From Candidatus Omnitrophota bacterium (lineage in GTDB: Bacteria > Omnitrophota > Gorgyraeia > Zapsychrales > JANLHA01), in NCBI GenBank assembly GCA_963662715.1, contig OY759724.1:90001-122000 (forward strand): a DNA stretch of 32,000 bases, read 5' to 3'. The notes under the pieces were generated by a model. It had not been told where the DNA came from, did not search any database, and saw only the letters and a list, made by a program, of their open reading frames with translations. Both the position numbers and the translations under genes were made by a program. Shown one piece after another: positions 27,831 to 32,000 of this stretch (position 1 is its first letter; every line of letters begins with the position of its first letter).

Positions 27831-27987
27831 AGAGTGCTTGAGCCAAAATCAGAAATGTCCCGCGCCCCGTCAACATCGACTCAAGAGGCAGAAACTTGAT
27901 ATTTTTTCCTCCCGGCTATGTTCGAGACAAGCTAAAGGAATTTTATCAGCAGGCTGACAGGAAAGGGTTCTCCTCCGGCAAAGGACG

Positions 27988-28587
27988 CTAGGATTGGTCC
28001 TTAATCTTTTCGATCAGGGCATCAAGTTCCTGCATGGCTTCCGTAATGAGCTGGTCCGGAGCAAGGGGTTCCGGCGGGGAGTGAAAAGCAGATTCCGCTT
28101 CCGGCGCTGAAGTCGGCTCCTGATTCGGGGAGCTGCCTGCTGAATCTTGAACAGACGCCGTCTCTTCTTTTTCAGCCTGATATTCTTTTTCAAGTTCCTG
28201 CAGAATTTTTTTCGGATTATTACTGTCGTCTTGGGCAGCCGTTTCCGGGCCTTGCGACGAAGCGTCATGTTCTGTTTCCGGCTCAGCAGAATCTGTCGAG
28301 GGCTGAGACGGATTTTCTTCCTGTTCAGAGGACACAGGATCCGATTCTGGCTGAGAAGGAACCGTTTCCGCCGGAGTTTCGGCAGAAGAAGACGGGGATG
28401 CGCCTTGCTGTTCTAGCGGGGAAGCATCAGGGGGACTTTTATCGGCTGAAGACGAAGCCTCACCGTCGGAAGAAGTGTCTTCATTTTTATCTTGCGAAGG
28501 CTGTCCAGCCTCTCCCGAGGAGTCCTCCGGGGCGGCTTGCGTTTCCTCGGAAGGGGTATCCTGATTTTCTTGCTCTTGAGGGGGCAT
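27988..28587 (-). CDS. Highly acidic Ser/Pro/Glu/Asp/Gln-rich low-complexity protein (hypothetical)
   Basis: 199 aa with no TM or signal peptide. Almost no hydrophobic core, except two short helical segments (KKILQELEKEYQAEKEE and DQLITEAMQELDALIEKIKDQS). AAAGGTGA lies 7 nt before the ATG. The alternative-frame ORFs on both strands look like compositional artefacts. Confidence 0.55.
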   Translation of the reverse strand: MPPQEQENQDTPSEETQAAPEDSSGEAGQPSQDKNEDTSSDGEASSSADKSPPDASPLEQQGASPSSSAETPAETVPSQPESDPVSSEQEENPSQPSTDSAEPETEHDASSQGPETAAQDDSNNPKKILQELEKEYQAEKEETASVQDSAGSSPNQEPTSAPEAESAFHSPPEPLAPDQLITEAMQELDALIEKIKDQS

Positions 28588-28781
28588 TGTTATTCACCTT
28601 TATAACGGGATTAAGTCATTATTAATAATTATATACTCAATAGACGTTGCGCAAAGTGAAAAAGCAAAAAATATCAGTCATGCCTTTGCAAGGTGGGAAA
28701 AAGACGCCTCAGCGGCCCGTAAAAATTTTAAAAGCTACGGCCCGGGAAAAATGAACTGCGGCCGTTTTCAGGGGAAAACGG

Positions 28782-29051
28782 TTAAGACGGCACATCAAAA
28801 CGTCGACGGGAATGATTGATTGGAAGCCGGTTCTTTTCTCTCTCAGGAACAAGACTCACTATAAATTCATCGATATCATCTTCCCGCAGATGAATAAGAC
28901 CCTGCCGGGTAAGCCAACCGACACTCATCAATATGACCTCATAAGGTTCGCCGATGAAAAATTCAATCTCATCCACCCGGAAAGAGCGGTCAAACTCCTC
29001 AAGCAAATTCAGGATTTCTCCAGCAACAATACCAATATGCGTGATCATCAT
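28782..29051 (-). CDS. Small winged-helix protein, DUF2582-like (hypothetical)
   Basis: 89 aa. IGIVAGEILNLLEE...(about 25 aa)...MSVGWLTRQGLIHL matches my recollection of the DUF2582 winged-helix pattern (IGxxAGxIWxxL...LAxGWLAREGKI). Strong SD AAGGAGGTG, and a TGnTATAAT extended -10 at 29136-29128. Confidence 0.55.
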   Translation of the reverse strand: MMITHIGIVAGEILNLLEEFDRSFRVDEIEFFIGEPYEVILMSVGWLTRQGLIHLREDDIDEFIVSLVPEREKNRLPINHSRRRFDVPS

Positions 29052-29177
29052 CCACCTCCTTTCTTAACCGGTTACTCGGCTTGAGGATGGCGCGGGGATA
29101 GGATTCGGACTGATAGCCGTTGCCTTCATTATATCACTTTTTCTAAGAAGGAAAAACCCGGGATTTGCACGGGCCTC

Positions 29178-29990
29178 TCAGGCCTGACCCGGGTCCTCGG
29201 GAGCACCCGTCTCGTACAAGCCATGACGCCTGACCGTATCCTGTTTATTTATAGGACGGACCGCCTTCTGCTGCAGTTCGTAAACAGTTGTGACAGGACA
29301 ATCGGCAAACACCTTTTTGACATCCGCCAATTCCTCGGGAGACAACGGCACCGCCGGACTGGGGCGCAGGGGCGTATTGATTTCGATTTCATCAGCCCCG
29401 ATCTCCCGGATCTGCCCGGCGATGTAAGGAGCAAACGCCTGATTCTGCCGGGTAAACATAATCTGTAAGGCAAATTTCTTATGAAATTCCCGCCGAAAAT
29501 CTCTGATGCCTTTAAGAATATCGTCATACCGGACACCGGGGACAGGATCGTTAACCAGCTGCAACGACTCCTGATGAAAGGCATCCAGTTTTGCTAAAAT
29601 GAAATCCGCAGGCAAGAGATCTTTCCGGACATCCTCCCGGCCGATAAGAACGGAGTTTGTAATCACGGCGATTTTCTCCGGGCGGATAGCCTTAACAGCC
29701 AAAATCATTTCTCCCAGATTTTTAGCCAAAGTCGGCTCCCCCCGTCCGGAGAACGTCATATAATCAATGGGGATATCTTTCGGAAAATCCCGGATCTCTT
29801 CAATAAGGCTCTCTGTAGGGACAAAGATTTCTCTTCGGCAAAAAAAATGACGTGTCGGCCCCAGCTGACAATATTGGCAGTTAAAATTGCAGACCTTCTC
29901 CTCGGAAGACAGCGGGTCGATCCCCAACGAAATACCCAGCCGCCAAGACGAGACAGGGCCGTAAATGTACTTGTACTTTTTTTCTCCCAT
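29178..29990 (-). CDS. Radical SAM protein (COG0731-like, function unknown)
   Basis: 270 aa. YGPVSSWRLGISLGIDP...CNFNCQYCQLG (CxxxCxxC cluster) and a GEPTL SAM-binding motif. Confidence 0.8.
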   Translation of the reverse strand: MGEKKYKYIYGPVSSWRLGISLGIDPLSSEEKVCNFNCQYCQLGPTRHFFCRREIFVPTESLIEEIRDFPKDIPIDYMTFSGRGEPTLAKNLGEMILAVKAIRPEKIAVITNSVLIGREDVRKDLLPADFILAKLDAFHQESLQLVNDPVPGVRYDDILKGIRDFRREFHKKFALQIMFTRQNQAFAPYIAGQIREIGADEIEINTPLRPSPAVPLSPEELADVKKVFADCPVTTVYELQQKAVRPINKQDTVRRHGLYETGAPEDPGQA

Positions 29991-30043
29991 AAATCTTTGG
30001 TCCTTGATTTCTCCGGAAATGCTTCCTGCAGAAAGGCGTCCCG

Positions 30044-31432
30044 CTATATTTCAAAATAACCCAACATGAGAATAATAACCAAAAAGGCGACAGACATACT
30101 TAACAAGCCGATCAAGAGTCCCAGCTTGAGCCATTGAAAAAAGGTCACTTTGATATTCTGCTCTTTTTCTAACAGGCCCAAAGCGACAATATTAGCCGTT
30201 GATCCGATCATCGTGATGTTCCCGCCATAACAGGCCCCGAACAGCAGAGACCACCATAAGGGTTTAAGATTGATATGCAGCATATCCAAACTTTTAACAA
30301 CAGGGATGTAAGACGCCACGGCCACGACATTGTCCAGCCCGCTGGACAGGATGCCACTCGTAAAAAGAACCATTCCGGACAAAACTCTCGGATGGTTGCC
30401 GATCGTGGCAACAATTTTATGGGCAAAAAAATCAGCGATACCCGTGGCTCTGATAACACCGGCTTGCGCAAAAAGGAACAAAAAGAACAAAAGGGAATTC
30501 CATTCAACTTCCCTTTCCACATAATACCGGGCTTTATCGTGACGGTAAAACATCACAATACCGGCAGAGATAATAGGCAGCATGATTAAAAGGGTGTTTT
30601 CCTGCAGGCCCAGGAACACCTCCATGCGTTTATGCAAACCAATAAGAAAAATCGTGACGCCGAAGATCACCATACTGATTTTTGTTTTCTTGTCCGGAGG
30701 GATGGAGATCAGGTATAAGAAACTCTTGTCCTCCTGGTATTCCTTTAACAGTTCCGTAATATCGCGGATATACTGGCGGTACCAGTAACCAATAATCCAC
30801 AAAGAAAACAATAAGACCAAAACGGAGACCGGGAAAGCGTGTGTTAAGAAATCCTCGAAAGAAAGGTTGCTGCGGGCGGCAATCAAGACGCCAACGGGGT
30901 TGCCGAGGACTGTTGCCGCAGATCCGATGTTGGTGGCCATGACAGAAGATATGATCAGAGGCAAAGGCGTAATCTCCAAAAAACTGCAAATATTCAAAAT
31001 CACGGTGACCATAACAATAATGGAGGCCACTTCTCCCATCAGACCGGAGAATAAAGCCGAGGCCAGCATGAGGATAAAGAATAATTTCCTCCCGTCAAGG
31101 TTATTAATCCGCAACAAAAGCGTGATAATCCAGTAAAAAAATCCGGCTTCCTTCATCATGCCCACGATGATCATCATGGAGATAAGAAACAAAATAACAT
31201 CCAGAGACGCAAATAAGATGAATTCTTCCAGGCTGACAGCCTTAATAATAAGAAAAACTCCCGAACCGATAAATACAAAACTGAGACGAAAATCCCAAAA
31301 GAACAGCGTCCCCAGGATGGACATGATAAAGACAGACATGACTATAGACTGTTGGGATGTCAGGCCGAATGAGTGTCCGAGATATCCCAGGAATGATGAA
31401 ATAATGACAAGAATCAAGAATTTGAGTTTCAT
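30044..31432 (-). CDS. ArsB/NhaD-superfamily (CitMHS/YbiR-like) anion permease
   Basis: 462 aa and polytopic throughout. Duplicated GS.ATVLGNPVG / GGNITMIGSTANIV motifs typical of this permease superfamily. Confidence 0.7.
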   Translation of the reverse strand: MKLKFLILVIISSFLGYLGHSFGLTSQQSIVMSVFIMSILGTLFFWDFRLSFVFIGSGVFLIIKAVSLEEFILFASLDVILFLISMMIIVGMMKEAGFFYWIITLLLRINNLDGRKLFFILMLASALFSGLMGEVASIIVMVTVILNICSFLEITPLPLIISSVMATNIGSAATVLGNPVGVLIAARSNLSFEDFLTHAFPVSVLVLLFSLWIIGYWYRQYIRDITELLKEYQEDKSFLYLISIPPDKKTKISMVIFGVTIFLIGLHKRMEVFLGLQENTLLIMLPIISAGIVMFYRHDKARYYVEREVEWNSLLFFLFLFAQAGVIRATGIADFFAHKIVATIGNHPRVLSGMVLFTSGILSSGLDNVVAVASYIPVVKSLDMLHINLKPLWWSLLFGACYGGNITMIGSTANIVALGLLEKEQNIKVTFFQWLKLGLLIGLLSMSVAFLVIILMLGYFEI

Positions 31433-31474
31433 AGTTTATTTATGTCTTTTGCATTAACATTAAGTTAAAGAATA

Positions 31475-31503
31475 ATAATAGCATCTGAAAAAATAATCGA
31501 CAA
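31475..31503 (-). promoter_or_regulatory. Candidate promoter of the permease gene (TTGTCG-17 nt-TATTAT, with TGn)
   Basis: Minus strand: TTGTCG (31503-31498), a 17-nt spacer ending in TGC, then TATTAT (31480-31475). Confidence 0.4.
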
Positions 31504-31530
31504 GGAAGAAATAGGAGGATAATATTCTCT

Positions 31531-32000
31531 TTAACAAATACGCGGGAGCTGCTCCCCGGACAACATATCAACGACCCGTTCAACCCCTATCGGACTGAGG
31601 GAAAAAACAAGGCCTCTGGGGTCCGGTTCCCGGACTTTCCCAATCACGCAGGCTTTTTCACAGTCCTGATGACGTCTTATAACATCTAAGGACTTTTCAG
31701 CATAGGCTTGCGGGATAAAAAGAACCATGCGTCCCTCACAAGCCACATAAACAGGATCAAACCCCAATATCTCACAGGCCCCACGCACGTCCGCCTGAAC
31801 CGGGAGACATGTCTCTTCCACGATCAAGCTCAACCGTGCTGTCTGTGCAATCTCGTTGAGAGTTGTGCCCAAACCTCCCCGGGTGATATCCCGCAGGCAG
31901 TGAATAGGGATATGTTCCCGGATTAAATCCTGCACGAGGAACGACAACGGCATGGAATCGCTCGTGATCTGGCTCTCATACTCTAAACCTTCCCGGGTGG
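31531..32000 (-). CDS. hypE: Hydrogenase maturation carbamoyl dehydratase HypE, C-terminal part (continues past window end)
   Basis: The C-terminus ends in GEQLPRIC, the conserved HypE PRIC motif. The frame stays open upstream of the tracked Met (TREGLEYESQITSDSMPL...), so the gene begins beyond 32000. Confidence 0.88.
   Translation of the reverse strand, partial: TREGLEYESQITSDSMPLSFLVQDLIREHIPIHCLRDITRGGLGTTLNEIAQTARLSLIVEETCLPVQADVRGACEILGFDPVYVACEGRMVLFIPQAYAEKSLDVIRRHQDCEKACVIGKVREPDPRGLVFSLSPIGVERVVDMLSGEQLPRIC

Noticed and set aside
27769-27876. N-terminal extension of pncA encoding a hydrophobic segment (GTFLILAQALFVIFSLLGY) that could be a signal anchor.
   Set aside because: A TTGTTA-17-TATAAT promoter and a GGGAGG SD for Met37 fall inside it, and nicotinamidases are normally cytoplasmic. 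A membrane-anchored isoform is not fully excluded.
28014-28416. Alternative-frame ORFs at 28014-28268 (-) and 28147-28416 (+) within the acidic-protein locus.
   Set aside because: Both give Arg/Lys/Phe-rich translations produced by reading GA/CT-rich low-complexity sequence out of frame or antisense. They have no SD and are shorter than the acidic ORF.
28690-28760. Imperfect inverted repeat CGGGCCGUA-N14-UACGGGCCG downstream of the winged-helix gene.
   Set aside because: It contains a G-G mismatch, has no adjacent U-tract and matches no motif I recognise. It is likely part of a composite terminator region and does not merit a separate call.

Overview
This window is a dense, mostly housekeeping chromosomal segment. 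All 36 coding regions I can support (2 run off the window edges) and the single tRNA lie on the minus strand.

In transcription order, from high to low coordinates:
- hypE 3' end, an ArsB/NhaD-type permease, a radical SAM protein, a small DUF2582-like winged-helix protein and a very acidic low-complexity protein.
- NAD salvage genes pncA-pncB.
- A consensus promoter, an FMN-riboswitch-like leader and an attenuator, followed by ribBA-ribH-nusB-PHP phosphoesterase-ribD-ribE.
- A FabF-fold protein lacking all three catalytic residues, then fabG and fabZ, ending at a strong terminator.
- An HI0933-type flavoprotein.
- A secreted MORN-repeat protein plus three pseudopilins resembling GspI/J/K or PilV/W/X.
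- tRNA-Pro(CGG) with its own promoter.
- Acylphosphatase, a metallophosphoesterase, ligA, a lipoprotein and xerD.
- A CCA/poly(A)-polymerase family enzyme, then rbfA-nrnA-truB-ribF.
- A consensus promoter with MraZ-type GTGG boxes, then mraZ-rsmH-ftsL-like-ftsI-murE (5' end).

I see no CRISPR array, transposase, phage gene, restriction or other recognisable defence gene, and no rRNA. I do not see a convincing self-contained novel system.

The leads I consider most worth follow-up are:
1. The catalytic-triad-less KAS paired with intact fabG and fabZ, apparently expressed from a leaderless start.
2. A PHP phosphoesterase translationally coupled inside the riboflavin operon.
3. An expanded FMN-riboswitch-like leader.
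4. An orphan pseudopilin tip-complex module with a 514-aa cap protein.
5. The MraZ operator architecture, including a second, distal box triad.

All functional calls come from motif recognition by eye. No database search was run.
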